38,138 nt of DNA, taken from assembly GCA_040754655.1 (NCBI GenBank), contig JBFMCE010000034.1, positions 1 through 38,138 on the forward strand. The letters are read 5' to 3'. Within the stretch, counting starts at the first letter, position 1; every line of letters starts with the position of its first letter. The notes under the pieces are model-generated. The model was not told the origin of the DNA and did no database searches. It saw nothing but the letters and a program-made list of their open reading frames with translations. The DNA is from Bdellovibrionota bacterium (GTDB lineage: Bacteria; Bdellovibrionota; UBA1018; UBA923). The position numbers and the translations under genes were made by a program. This document shows, in pieces, positions 1-8,515 of the stretch.

Positions 1-354
1 TCTCGAGATGCTTGGTTCGCAGGTTATTCGCAGGGTTTAGTTGCGGTTTCTTGGGCTGGATTTGACGAACTGAAAGTGCCGACAGAAGAAGACGAAGAAT
101 CTATCCGTAGTTTTAAATCGCCTGCTCTGCTCACAGGGGCCGGTGCGGCATTACCGATTTGGGGGAAATTCTTCGTTCAAGCAAGACCTTCGAAACTTGA
201 AGACCCTGAACGTGACCTAGAATCATCGTTTGTCCGCGAAAAGATCGATCGTAGAACGGGCCTTAAGGCAAAGGCTACTTGCCCCGAAGACGCCGTTTAT
301 GAAGAGATTTTCTTGCCTGATACGGCTCCTTCGGCGGAATGCAATATTCATTGA
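1..354 (+). CDS. Class A penicillin-binding protein (PBP1A/1B), C-terminal part; 5' end outside window
   Basis: Frame 1 is open from base 1: SRDAWFAGYSQGLVAVSWAGFD...TGAGAALPIW, the transpeptidase C-terminal signature. It ends in a typical IDRRTG...CP...EIF...C tail. Confidence 0.88.
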   Translation, partial: SRDAWFAGYSQGLVAVSWAGFDELKVPTEEDEESIRSFKSPALLTGAGAALPIWGKFFVQARPSKLEDPERDLESSFVREKIDRRTGLKAKATCPEDAVYEEIFLPDTAPSAECNIH

Positions 355-393
355 TAGCAGGAATACGTGGTACTACGGCAGAAACGCCTATCT

Positions 394-1617
394 TCAGGGG
401 GATGGCGGTTTCACCGCATCTTTTGCAAGACCTTCCGCCACCTTCCTGGCCGCCAGATCTAAAATTTTTTTCCTCTCTGTCGGATAGTCCTTCAGCGTAA
501 ACCAGTCACCTTGAGCCTTTACGTCCCAAACGATGGCGTCCTCAAGTCTCAGTAAGTCGGGTGCGCTCAGCCGCCGGTAATTTGCCTCTGCAAAATTCGA
601 CAAGATATGCGCCCCTTGCGTCTGATCTACCGCACTATGGGCGACTTCAACAATAGCATCCACGGCGGGACTCACTGCCGGCTGGAAAGCCCACTGAATT
701 TCATCGTGATATTTAAGCAAAACAGAACTTAAAACCAGGGCTGCCACTTCAGGTTTTCTTCTCACGGCTTGATAGAGCCGCAGAACTCCTTCTCGCGTCC
801 TTGCTAAGGCTTTTATTCCCACTGCAGAAGCCTTCTGCGCCAACAAACTCAACTGACCTGGCTCAGACTTGGCTACCAATACCGCGAGCGGAGCCTTCAA
901 TTCCTTTAAAACTTCATTGCGAACCGCCGGTCCAAAAAATCGATAGTCTCCACTGGCAAGCACCGAATCTTCTGCAAGAGAAAGGTCAGTAAAGATCTTG
1001 GTTCGTAAAATTCGGTATGCCTTTCGCTGAGCTTTCTCAGGCATTGCAAGCACCAAGGCAAAAGCTTCGCTGTGCAGCAGCGGCGGCAGCGCGGGCAAAA
1101 TGCCCTCTAGAACTTTGAAGCGCTCTGAAGCAGCGATATCTTGCAGATTGCTTGCAACCTTTTCAATATCTTCGACCTGGCTTCCTATCTTGGTTGACTT
1201 CGACTCTTGTCGCAATAATCCGAATCGATCGGCACCCATATTTTCTGTGACGGCTAATGCAATCTCGATTCGAGTAACAGCCATGTTTTCTGAAAAGTAG
1301 CGGTCAATCTCTACTCGATACGGATCAAACGACTGATCCGAGTATGAAATTTCATCTTTCGCCAGCCGTTGGATGAGTTCTTCGACGACAGGATATCGAA
1401 ATTTTCCTCTATATTTATGAAGTGTCTCAAGAGCGTGGATACGAATCTCACCCGGACCCCTTGCAAGTCCAGGCTTAAGTGCTACCGCAGTACGGTAAGG
1501 ACTGTGCGGCGGTAGTAGAGCAACCGAACATTTGGAAGCGGAACTCTCGTCTGCCCCGAACGCTGGGGCGCTGATAACAAGAATCAATAGGTTTAAGACG
1601 TCCCCAAGTCTTCTCAT
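394..1617 (-). CDS. Hypothetical secreted protein (~407 aa); start at 1617 preferred over 1644
   Basis: Long ORF. MRRLGDVLNLLILVISAPAFG|ADE resembles a Sec signal peptide. No recognisable domain. Confidence 0.6.
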   Translation of the reverse strand: MRRLGDVLNLLILVISAPAFGADESSASKCSVALLPPHSPYRTAVALKPGLARGPGEIRIHALETLHKYRGKFRYPVVEELIQRLAKDEISYSDQSFDPYRVEIDRYFSENMAVTRIEIALAVTENMGADRFGLLRQESKSTKIGSQVEDIEKVASNLQDIAASERFKVLEGILPALPPLLHSEAFALVLAMPEKAQRKAYRILRTKIFTDLSLAEDSVLASGDYRFFGPAVRNEVLKELKAPLAVLVAKSEPGQLSLLAQKASAVGIKALARTREGVLRLYQAVRRKPEVAALVLSSVLLKYHDEIQWAFQPAVSPAVDAIVEVAHSAVDQTQGAHILSNFAEANYRRLSAPDLLRLEDAIVWDVKAQGDWFTLKDYPTERKKILDLAARKVAEGLAKDAVKPPSP

Positions 1618-1677
1618 GGGACGCATTCGTACACTTTGAGACACTGCGTGTCAATCTGAGTGCAACGCTCTCCTTTG

Positions 1678-2562
1678 TCATGCTTTCAATGTATAGGGAA
1701 AAACGATTTTTTCTCTCAGGCTAACGGGCCCCATCACGTGAACATCATTCCCCAAAAGCTGCTTGAATCGGGTTTGCGGAACATTCAACTTGTCAGTGAA
1801 AAAGCGAAACTCAAATTCTTCTGCCGAACCCGTCGCAAGATAAGGATAAAGCTCGTCAAATGATGGCAATTTGCGTGCAAGAACATCAAAGACAATCGTG
1901 CGACCCGGCTCTCTTTTCAAGAAGATCACGACTCTAAGCTCTTCAATAAAGTAAATATGTTCTCGCAAAGAATACAAGGCATGAAACATTAAAAGCTTTG
2001 GATTCGAGTTCGAAAACGCATCCGAAATGGGCTCTCTCTCACAGGCAAGCTCGTAGAGCAGCTTTAGGGTTTGATCTCGACGATCAACGACGATCTCACG
2101 TTTTCGCAACCCGGCTCGAGGTCTCGTTGCCGGTAGTTTTGTCACTTCGGCGTAATCATTGACTGGCCGGAAACCACACTTTTGATAAAAAGGAATAGCT
2201 TCGACATCAGAGAAAAGAAATACGAACTCATGCTCTTGAAAGGCCCAGTCTAGCGCGACTTCAGTAAGCCTGCGGTTGAGTCCTCTCCTTCGGTATTCCG
2301 GCAAAGTGCCCACTCCAGAAACCTGAGCAACTTTGGTTTTTCGCCCGTTCACAATAGCTGGCATCGTATAGATGCACGCGCTTGAGACGATCTTTTCACC
2401 TTCAAAGTAGGTGAACGGAATGTAATCGTCATCCCAGAAGCCCGCGGCCTGCCACTTTGTGAAATCAAGATTGTGGATCGTAACAATGAACTCTTGAAAA
2501 GCTTTGCGGGCTTTGAGGTCATTCCAATACTGTGTGCGAAGTTGCGGCTCAACAGAGTTCAT
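1678..2562 (-). CDS. GNAT family N-acetyltransferase (Eis-like N-terminal domain)
   Basis: Acetyl-CoA motif VSGVGTLPEYRRRGL and AIPFYQKCGF. The ATG at 2562 is preferred because the longer track start runs into the divergent promoter region. Confidence 0.88.
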   Translation of the reverse strand: MNSVEPQLRTQYWNDLKARKAFQEFIVTIHNLDFTKWQAAGFWDDDYIPFTYFEGEKIVSSACIYTMPAIVNGRKTKVAQVSGVGTLPEYRRRGLNRRLTEVALDWAFQEHEFVFLFSDVEAIPFYQKCGFRPVNDYAEVTKLPATRPRAGLRKREIVVDRRDQTLKLLYELACEREPISDAFSNSNPKLLMFHALYSLREHIYFIEELRVVIFLKREPGRTIVFDVLARKLPSFDELYPYLATGSAEEFEFRFFTDKLNVPQTRFKQLLGNDVHVMGPVSLREKIVFPYTLKA

Positions 2563-2610
2563 AAACCACTGAATTAGCGGACCTCTCAGTTCAGTGCAAT
2601 GGCCAATAGG

Positions 2611-2623
2611 TGTCAAATTGACA
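2611..2623. promoter_or_regulatory. Palindromic candidate upstream activator site TGTCA-AAT-TGACA
   Basis: Perfect 5-bp-arm dyad ~90-100 bp upstream of a sigma54 -24 box. A related copy, TGTCAAAATGGCA, lies at 2700-2712. Confidence 0.55.
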
Positions 2624-2668
2624 TCATCGCCTAAAACTTCTACAGGATCGCACAAAAGTGCGATTGAC

Positions 2669-2681
2669 TAAGTGCTTGAAA
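2669..2681. promoter_or_regulatory. Candidate IHF site
   Basis: TAAGTGCTTGAAA versus consensus YAANNNNTTGATW (1 mismatch), between the dyad and the sigma54 box. Confidence 0.45.
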
Positions 2682-2707
2682 TCAGGACAGTTGAAGCGGT
2701 GTCAAAA

Positions 2708-2723
2708 TGGCATACCCCTTGCT
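2708..2723 (+). promoter_or_regulatory. Sigma54 (-24/-12) promoter of the kinase/regulator operon
   Basis: TGGCAT-ACCCC-TTGCT, with GG-N10-GC spacing, 72 bp before the ATG at 2796. Confidence 0.8.
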
Positions 2724-2795
2724 CATGGGCAGGCAGCCCCTGCAGGCAGTGCCAGCCTGACACTTCAAGCAGCACGACACAGGATGATGTATTAG

Positions 2796-4742
2796 ATGGT
2801 TTGGTTAAAACGAGCTCTAAAATCTGCGCAATTCAAAATGCTGATGCTGGCTCTAAGCGCAGGTACCTTGCTCACGCTCGCCCTTCAAACTTTTGAGCTG
2901 AACCTGCTGGAAGCGTATCTTTACGACTTTAGGATGCGAAACAAGGGTGCTCGCAATCATGCCGAGCACCTGGTCTTGATTTCAATTGATGACAAAACAG
3001 TAGAAAAGCTGAATGAATTCTCGCCACTTTCACTAAAGCAACACGTCACCCTTCTCAACCAGATCGGCAAGGCGAAACCTAAAGCCGTGGCCTATTTCGT
3101 CGACTTCAACGACAGCGTTTTGGCGGATGTCGGCAGCGACGATCGAGTTTCAAAAAAGAATGCCGAGGAATTCGTGAAGGTCGCTGATGCCTTGCATGCG
3201 TCTGACATCCCGGTCATCCTCGGAACTGAAATCGACATGACGGGCGAGATCGTTCCTCCATTCCCGTTGAGCAAGCTTCCCCACCGCGTGGCGATCCTGC
3301 ACGTTGACGGAACGACTTTCTCAGAAGACGAAGTCACGCGCCGGGCGCTGTTCTCGATTTATGACGAGACGGTGCTGCACGTGCGGTTGGCAGCGCTGGT
3401 CAACGGGAAGACAGCGGCGAAAGAATACCGGGGCGTCTACCAAATGCCCGATATAGACGCGAATTACTTCTTGATCAACTACGCTGGCCCCACTCAGCAC
3501 ACAAAGCGGAATTTTTCAGAAGTAAGCGCGCTTGATGTGATTGAAGGTAAAATATCGACCGACTTCTTTCGAAACAAGATCGTGCTCATCGGCAGCAAGA
3601 CCAAAGACCGGTCGAATGACTACGTCTACACGCCCTTCTCTCGAACGACCTTCACGAATCCGAAGCTTACGATTCATGCGAATATCATAGAAACATTGAT
3701 CGATGATGCGGCGATCTTGCAGACCTCAAAAGCATTCGACACCTTGCTTAGCATTCTTCTCACCACCCTTGTAATCGTCATGCTCTTCAGGACCACCCCT
3801 ATTCGAGGGGTAGTCTTTACCGTGGCATGCGCTTTGATCGTCTTGCTTTTAGCTCTGGCGGCATTCCGCTATTACGGCGTCTGGATCAGGCTTTCGCACC
3901 CTCTCATGGGAATCTTTTTCTCTTACTACGTTTTCGTGCCGTATCGGCTCATCACAGAGTACAAGAAACGCTGGGAATTTCAGAAAAAGAATGAAGTGCT
4001 GATGCAAGTCGAAGAACTCAAAAGCAACTTCATGAGCTTGATCACGCACGACCTTAAAACCCCCGTAGCCAGGATACAAGGCATGGCCGAAATGCTCGCT
4101 AGATCGGGAGTCGAGCCGAAGCTCGTTACCGGCATTCTTTCAAGCACGGATGAACTCAACAACTTCATCACGAGCATCCTTGAACTTGCCAAGATCGAGT
4201 CTAATCGGATCAACCTCGACAAACGAAGCAAAGACATCAACAAGATCATCGAAGATTGCGTCAGGAAGTTTGAATTTCAGGCGCAATCCAAAAAGATCGC
4301 GATTCGTTCAGAGCTTGATCCTCTTTTTCCTATCAAGATCGACGTGCCTCTGATCACGAAAGTGATCAGCAACCTCATCGACAACGCCATCAAGTACTCT
4401 CCCGAAGGCGCCCAAATCATGATCGAATCCGGAGAATCCCTTGAGAACCCGGGTTACGTCGAAATCACGATCACCGATACCGGCCATGGGATCGCTCCCA
4501 AGGACCTCGAAAACCTTTTCTCGAAATTTTACCGCCCAAAGAACGATGTGACCTTGCAAACCAAGGGCACGGGTTTAGGGCTCTATTTGAGCCGCTACTT
4601 TGTGGAACTGCACAACGGCTCGCTCTCTGCCGAGTCGGTCGAAGGACGCGGCAGCATGTTCACGATTCTATTACCCACGGAAGACTCTTCAGAGAAACTT
4701 GCACCGCCCAGCTCTTTAGAAGGAGAAAAAGCATATGTTTAA
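2796..4742 (+). CDS. CHASE2-domain sensor histidine kinase
   Basis: N-terminal TM; CHASE2 motifs (LVLISIDDKT, KIVLIG, IHANIIETL); 3 TMs; H-box ITHDLKTP; N-box NLIDNAIKY; G-boxes DTGHGI and GTGLGL. Confidence 0.95.
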   Translation: MVWLKRALKSAQFKMLMLALSAGTLLTLALQTFELNLLEAYLYDFRMRNKGARNHAEHLVLISIDDKTVEKLNEFSPLSLKQHVTLLNQIGKAKPKAVAYFVDFNDSVLADVGSDDRVSKKNAEEFVKVADALHASDIPVILGTEIDMTGEIVPPFPLSKLPHRVAILHVDGTTFSEDEVTRRALFSIYDETVLHVRLAALVNGKTAAKEYRGVYQMPDIDANYFLINYAGPTQHTKRNFSEVSALDVIEGKISTDFFRNKIVLIGSKTKDRSNDYVYTPFSRTTFTNPKLTIHANIIETLIDDAAILQTSKAFDTLLSILLTTLVIVMLFRTTPIRGVVFTVACALIVLLLALAAFRYYGVWIRLSHPLMGIFFSYYVFVPYRLITEYKKRWEFQKKNEVLMQVEELKSNFMSLITHDLKTPVARIQGMAEMLARSGVEPKLVTGILSSTDELNNFITSILELAKIESNRINLDKRSKDINKIIEDCVRKFEFQAQSKKIAIRSELDPLFPIKIDVPLITKVISNLIDNAIKYSPEGAQIMIESGESLENPGYVEITITDTGHGIAPKDLENLFSKFYRPKNDVTLQTKGTGLGLYLSRYFVELHNGSLSAESVEGRGSMFTILLPTEDSSEKLAPPSSLEGEKAYV

Positions 4743-6261
4743 GATTCTTGTCGTAGATGATGACAGCGGCCTGCGCCTTACCGTGAGCAGCGCTCTTGGG
4801 GAAGCTCATTACCTGGTCGATCAAGCTCAAGACGGCGAAGAGGCCATCAATAAAGTTCGCGCGAACAACTACAATCTTGTGCTTCTTGACGTGAACATGC
4901 CTCGCATGAATGGGCTTGAGGCCTTGCGGCAGATCAAAGCTTATGATCCTTCGATCATCGTGATCATGCTCACGGCCTACTCGAACGTGCGAGATGCCGT
5001 CGAAGCAACCCGCGAAGGCGCTTACAATTACCTCGAGAAGCCCATCAAGGCTGAGAACCTCGTCTATCTGATCGACAAGGCGCTCAAGGCTCATAACATG
5101 GTGAAGTCAGTCTCTTTCTCAGCGCCGGTCGTAAAGCTCCCAGGCGGCACGACTTTCGTTGGTCAGAGCTCGGAAATGAAGAAGGTCTTCAATATCATCG
5201 ACAAACTCTCGCGCGTAGACACCGCGGTGCTTATTCGCGGCGAGTCTGGCACTGGAAAAGAGCTTGTCGCGAACGCCGTTCATTTCAATGGCCCGCGCAA
5301 AGACGAACGTTTCGTGACTGTGAATTGTTCCGCGATTCCAGAAACCCTGATCGAGAGCGAATTTTTCGGGCACGAAAAAGGCGCATTCACCGGAGCGGAC
5401 TCGCGCAAAATAGGCAAGTTTCAGTACGCTGACGGAGGAACCCTCTTCTTGGACGAGATCGGCGACATCTCGGCCGGGATGCAAGTGAAACTACTGCGCG
5501 CGTTGCAAGAAAAACGGTTCACTCCGGTCGGATCAAACCGAGAAGTCGATGTGAACGTACGGATCATCGCCGCTACGAACAGAAACCTCGAGGAGATGAT
5601 CAAGTCGGGCGAGTTCCGGGAAGATCTGTTTTACAGATTGAACGTACTGCCGATCTTCTTACCGCCGCTTCGTGATCGCCGAGACGACATTGAAGCCCTC
5701 GCATTGTACTTTGTTGAAAAATTCAACCAAGTGCACCGCAAGAACATCAAAGGGATTTCATCTCAAACAATGAATCTCTTGAAGAACTACAACTGGCCCG
5801 GCAATATCCGCGAGCTTGAAAACGTCATTGAGCATTCTTTTGTAATCGAGAATACCAACGAGCTCACCCCGCATTCGTTGCCGGAGACGATTGCAGGCCT
5901 TTCAATCACGGCGCCTCGCACGATCCAGGGCAGCGACCTTCCTGCAGGCTTGACTCAAGCCGGCAGGCAAGCCTTGGCTGGAGCATCGGTGACGGTGGCA
6001 ACAGATCTGGATGAATCCGAGCTCAATGAAAAGATGATTGAAACGCCCTCAGGACTTGCGCCGATTGGCTTTAAACTCGACATCAACAAACTCGATTTTC
6101 AGGCGAATAAGGAAGAGTTTGAACGCCAGTTTTTGATCAATGCGCTAAAGGCTTTCAAGGGGCGCATCAACCAAACGGCGATTCACGCCAACATTCCCAA
6201 GAAAACCCTCCTGCGAAAGCTCGAGAAATACGGCATCAACGCGAGAGACTTTCAGGCCTGA
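4735..6261 (+). CDS. Sigma54-dependent response regulator (REC-AAA+-Fis HTH, NtrC family)
   Basis: REC motifs VVDDD, LLDVNMP and KP; Walker A GESGTGKE; GAFTGA; Walker B LFLDEIG; C-terminal HTH. Overlaps the kinase stop. Confidence 0.96.
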   Translation: MFKILVVDDDSGLRLTVSSALGEAHYLVDQAQDGEEAINKVRANNYNLVLLDVNMPRMNGLEALRQIKAYDPSIIVIMLTAYSNVRDAVEATREGAYNYLEKPIKAENLVYLIDKALKAHNMVKSVSFSAPVVKLPGGTTFVGQSSEMKKVFNIIDKLSRVDTAVLIRGESGTGKELVANAVHFNGPRKDERFVTVNCSAIPETLIESEFFGHEKGAFTGADSRKIGKFQYADGGTLFLDEIGDISAGMQVKLLRALQEKRFTPVGSNREVDVNVRIIAATNRNLEEMIKSGEFREDLFYRLNVLPIFLPPLRDRRDDIEALALYFVEKFNQVHRKNIKGISSQTMNLLKNYNWPGNIRELENVIEHSFVIENTNELTPHSLPETIAGLSITAPRTIQGSDLPAGLTQAGRQALAGASVTVATDLDESELNEKMIETPSGLAPIGFKLDINKLDFQANKEEFERQFLINALKAFKGRINQTAIHANIPKKTLLRKLEKYGINARDFQA

Positions 6262-6267
6262 TGATCA

Positions 6268-7086
6268 TCAGAGCCTGAACTTCTTGATCGCCTCATCGTT
6301 GACCTTCACGTTCGATTTCGTGCGCAGGTCGGTGATAAGCTCGGTGACCAGTTTCAGGCGAAGCGCTTCTTTCGCGCGTTGCTCGACTTCAGCGAAACCA
6401 GGCACTTTGCCCGGCTTGATGTCATCGACCCGAATGATGTGATACCCGTACATGGTGCGCACGGGGCCTTTGAAATCTTTTTTCGCAGTGGCGAATGCCG
6501 CTTCCGCGAACTCTGGAACCATGCGATCACGGGTGAAGCAACCCAAATTGCCTTTGTTTTCTTGCACAGTCGGATCAAGCGAATGCTTCTTGGCGAGATC
6601 TTCGAACTTGGCGCCCTTCTTTTTCGCTTCTTCCAGAACTTTCTTCGCATCCGATTCGTTTTCTAAAACGATGTGATGCGCGCAAACTTGGGTAGAATCA
6701 AAAAAGTTCTTGTTGGATTCAAAAAACTTCTTCACTTCGCTGTTGGAAAGTTTTGGCTCCAAGGCCTTTTGCATGAATTTTGACGCCAAGAACTGACGCT
6801 GAAACCTTTCAAGCGCCGTCTTGTAGTCTTCATCATTTTCCATGCCCGCCTTCTTGGCGGCCAGGAAGAGCACTTCCGCATTGACCATGCTATCAACCAT
6901 GTTTCTTCGAGTGATAGCGTCAGCGTTGATGGCCTTTTTTTGTTCGGAAGTGATGGAATCATATTCTTTCCTGACTTGGTCGTCATTTATCGCTTTCTCA
7001 CCGATATTGGCGAGAATCGCCGCTTGAACCAAAGTCGGCAAGCTCATTAGAAGCGCCAACAGTACGATAGATTTTTTTAAACCCAT
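6268..7086 (-). CDS. Exported PpiC/parvulin-type peptidyl-prolyl isomerase (PrsA/SurA-like foldase)
   Basis: Signal peptide; AHHIVL, FEDLAKKHSLD, GNLG, MVPEFAEAAF and YGYHII motifs. Confidence 0.93.
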   Translation of the reverse strand: MGLKKSIVLLALLMSLPTLVQAAILANIGEKAINDDQVRKEYDSITSEQKKAINADAITRRNMVDSMVNAEVLFLAAKKAGMENDEDYKTALERFQRQFLASKFMQKALEPKLSNSEVKKFFESNKNFFDSTQVCAHHIVLENESDAKKVLEEAKKKGAKFEDLAKKHSLDPTVQENKGNLGCFTRDRMVPEFAEAAFATAKKDFKGPVRTMYGYHIIRVDDIKPGKVPGFAEVEQRAKEALRLKLVTELITDLRTKSNVKVNDEAIKKFRL

Positions 7087-7095
7087 AACAGCCCC

Positions 7096-8379
7096 CTAAA
7101 AGATCGTCGAAAAGTACTCTTGTACCTTCTTCATATCGATCATGTTAAACACATTTGAGAAACTCATCCATACCGCGACGCCGTTTAGGTCTCTAAACTG
7201 CTCGGGTAGGTACATGGGCGGGTCAATAAGCCCTTCCTGGTGTTTTCGGTACCAGAGGGGCACGTCGCTGGAATGAACCTTTCCGACAAAAAGATACGGA
7301 ATGTATTCAGGCTTGCCCGCCTTCATCGCCGCTCTCATGAAGTTATAATTCTCAATGAATCCCTTGATGTACGCAATGTCTTTCGTAAAAGGAGCGCCGC
7401 CTTCGATCAATCCGCCCCTAAAGACCCTTTTTACGTTATTCAGGCAGTCGGATTCGTTGTACCCCTCGGTGCGGTAGAACTCGAAAAGCTCAAGGTAGTT
7501 GGCCCCATCCTCGACCTTATCGATACCGAGAACCCGGTCATTGATGTTTCTCGCCCTGCGTGGATAACTCACGAACGAAAAGATCTCCATCAAGATGGCG
7601 AGGCCCTCTTGCGTCGGAGCCACCCGAGGCGGACCCTTCGCAAGAAAGCGGCAAATGTGTTGATTCTGTCCATTCAAAGTCGTTCCGACATGAACCCAGC
7701 CTTCGTGCACCTCGAGAATGCCGATATCGCGCCGCGAAAACATCGCTCCTTCTTTGATCTTAACGGTGTCGCTTCCGGCGGCCGCATCAGCAATGATGCC
7801 GTCAGAAAGCTTGGCGCGAACGGGATTGTCAGTGAAATAAGTTTCAAATTTCTTATTGAGCGCTTTGACGGTTTCTTCAGCGCTAATGTCTTCGGCATAC
7901 TCAGGGCCAAGCACCGCATCATCTAGGACGCTCAAGATGTCATACATCACGCGGGCAAGATCATTGATCGAGGTCTTCTCATCGCGAAAGGTGTCTTTGG
8001 GAGAACCATACAACTTTCGGGAAAACTCGTGAAATTGCTTGGTGCCTCGAGCCATGAGCATGCGTACGACGTCTTGGTACTCTTGGCAGTTCCTCACCAT
8101 CATCACGCCGAGTTCGTCGTCTTTGCCAAGCTGTAGATGAACTTCATTGATGATTTGATCGAATTCTTCGATCTTCTGCTTGGCATCAAACCCTAAGAGT
8201 TGACTCTCATAGAAGGTTCTATCGATCTTCGGCATTTCCTTGAATTTCGACTTTCGAAACTGATCGTCGATCGAGGTGGGCCATTTGATGGCGTCGAGAA
8301 TGCGGATGGGTTTCTGAGCATCGACCACCATGTCAGAAAGACGTTTGACTTTCTCTTTATAGGTAGTCCAAACCATCAT
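7096..8379 (-). CDS. QEGLA-motif protein (DUF1704; putative zinc carboxypeptidase, MATCAP-related)
   Basis: HEGWVH (HExxxH), TQEGLA, RVFRG and FTKDIAY motifs. Confidence 0.9.
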   Translation of the reverse strand: MMVWTTYKEKVKRLSDMVVDAQKPIRILDAIKWPTSIDDQFRKSKFKEMPKIDRTFYESQLLGFDAKQKIEEFDQIINEVHLQLGKDDELGVMMVRNCQEYQDVVRMLMARGTKQFHEFSRKLYGSPKDTFRDEKTSINDLARVMYDILSVLDDAVLGPEYAEDISAEETVKALNKKFETYFTDNPVRAKLSDGIIADAAAGSDTVKIKEGAMFSRRDIGILEVHEGWVHVGTTLNGQNQHICRFLAKGPPRVAPTQEGLAILMEIFSFVSYPRRARNINDRVLGIDKVEDGANYLELFEFYRTEGYNESDCLNNVKRVFRGGLIEGGAPFTKDIAYIKGFIENYNFMRAAMKAGKPEYIPYLFVGKVHSSDVPLWYRKHQEGLIDPPMYLPEQFRDLNGVAVWMSFSNVFNMIDMKKVQEYFSTIF

Positions 8380-8404
8380 AGGTAAAGTTTACCATGATTT
8401 TAGC

Positions 8405-8431
8405 GGCAACCAAGGATCATGCTTGGTTGCC
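8405..8431. promoter_or_regulatory. Perfect 10-bp inverted repeat in a divergent intergenic region
   Basis: GGCAACCAAG-gatcatg-CTTGGTTGCC. Confidence 0.55.
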
Positions 8432-8475
8432 CATCAAAACGGATTTACGGCGGAGATTGACTACCCTCGCCAATT

Positions 8476-8491
8476 CGGATAGCGCCTTGCA
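8476..8491 (+). promoter_or_regulatory. Possible sigma54 promoter
   Basis: CGGATAGCGCCTTGCA has GG-N10-GC spacing and a good -12 (TTGCA) but a weak -24. It is 24 bp before the ATG at 8516. Confidence 0.35.
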
Positions 8492-8515
8492 TGAGGATGC
8501 GGGAAAGGGGAAATC

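Noticed and set aside
76..354. 92-aa ORF as a standalone gene
   Set aside because: It is the tail of a PBP whose frame is open from base 1.
2729..2749. GCAGGCAG direct repeat in the kinase leader
   Set aside because: Two 8-mers only; no supporting structure.
7240..7926. 228-aa plus-strand ORF
   Set aside because: Antisense shadow of the QEGLA gene.
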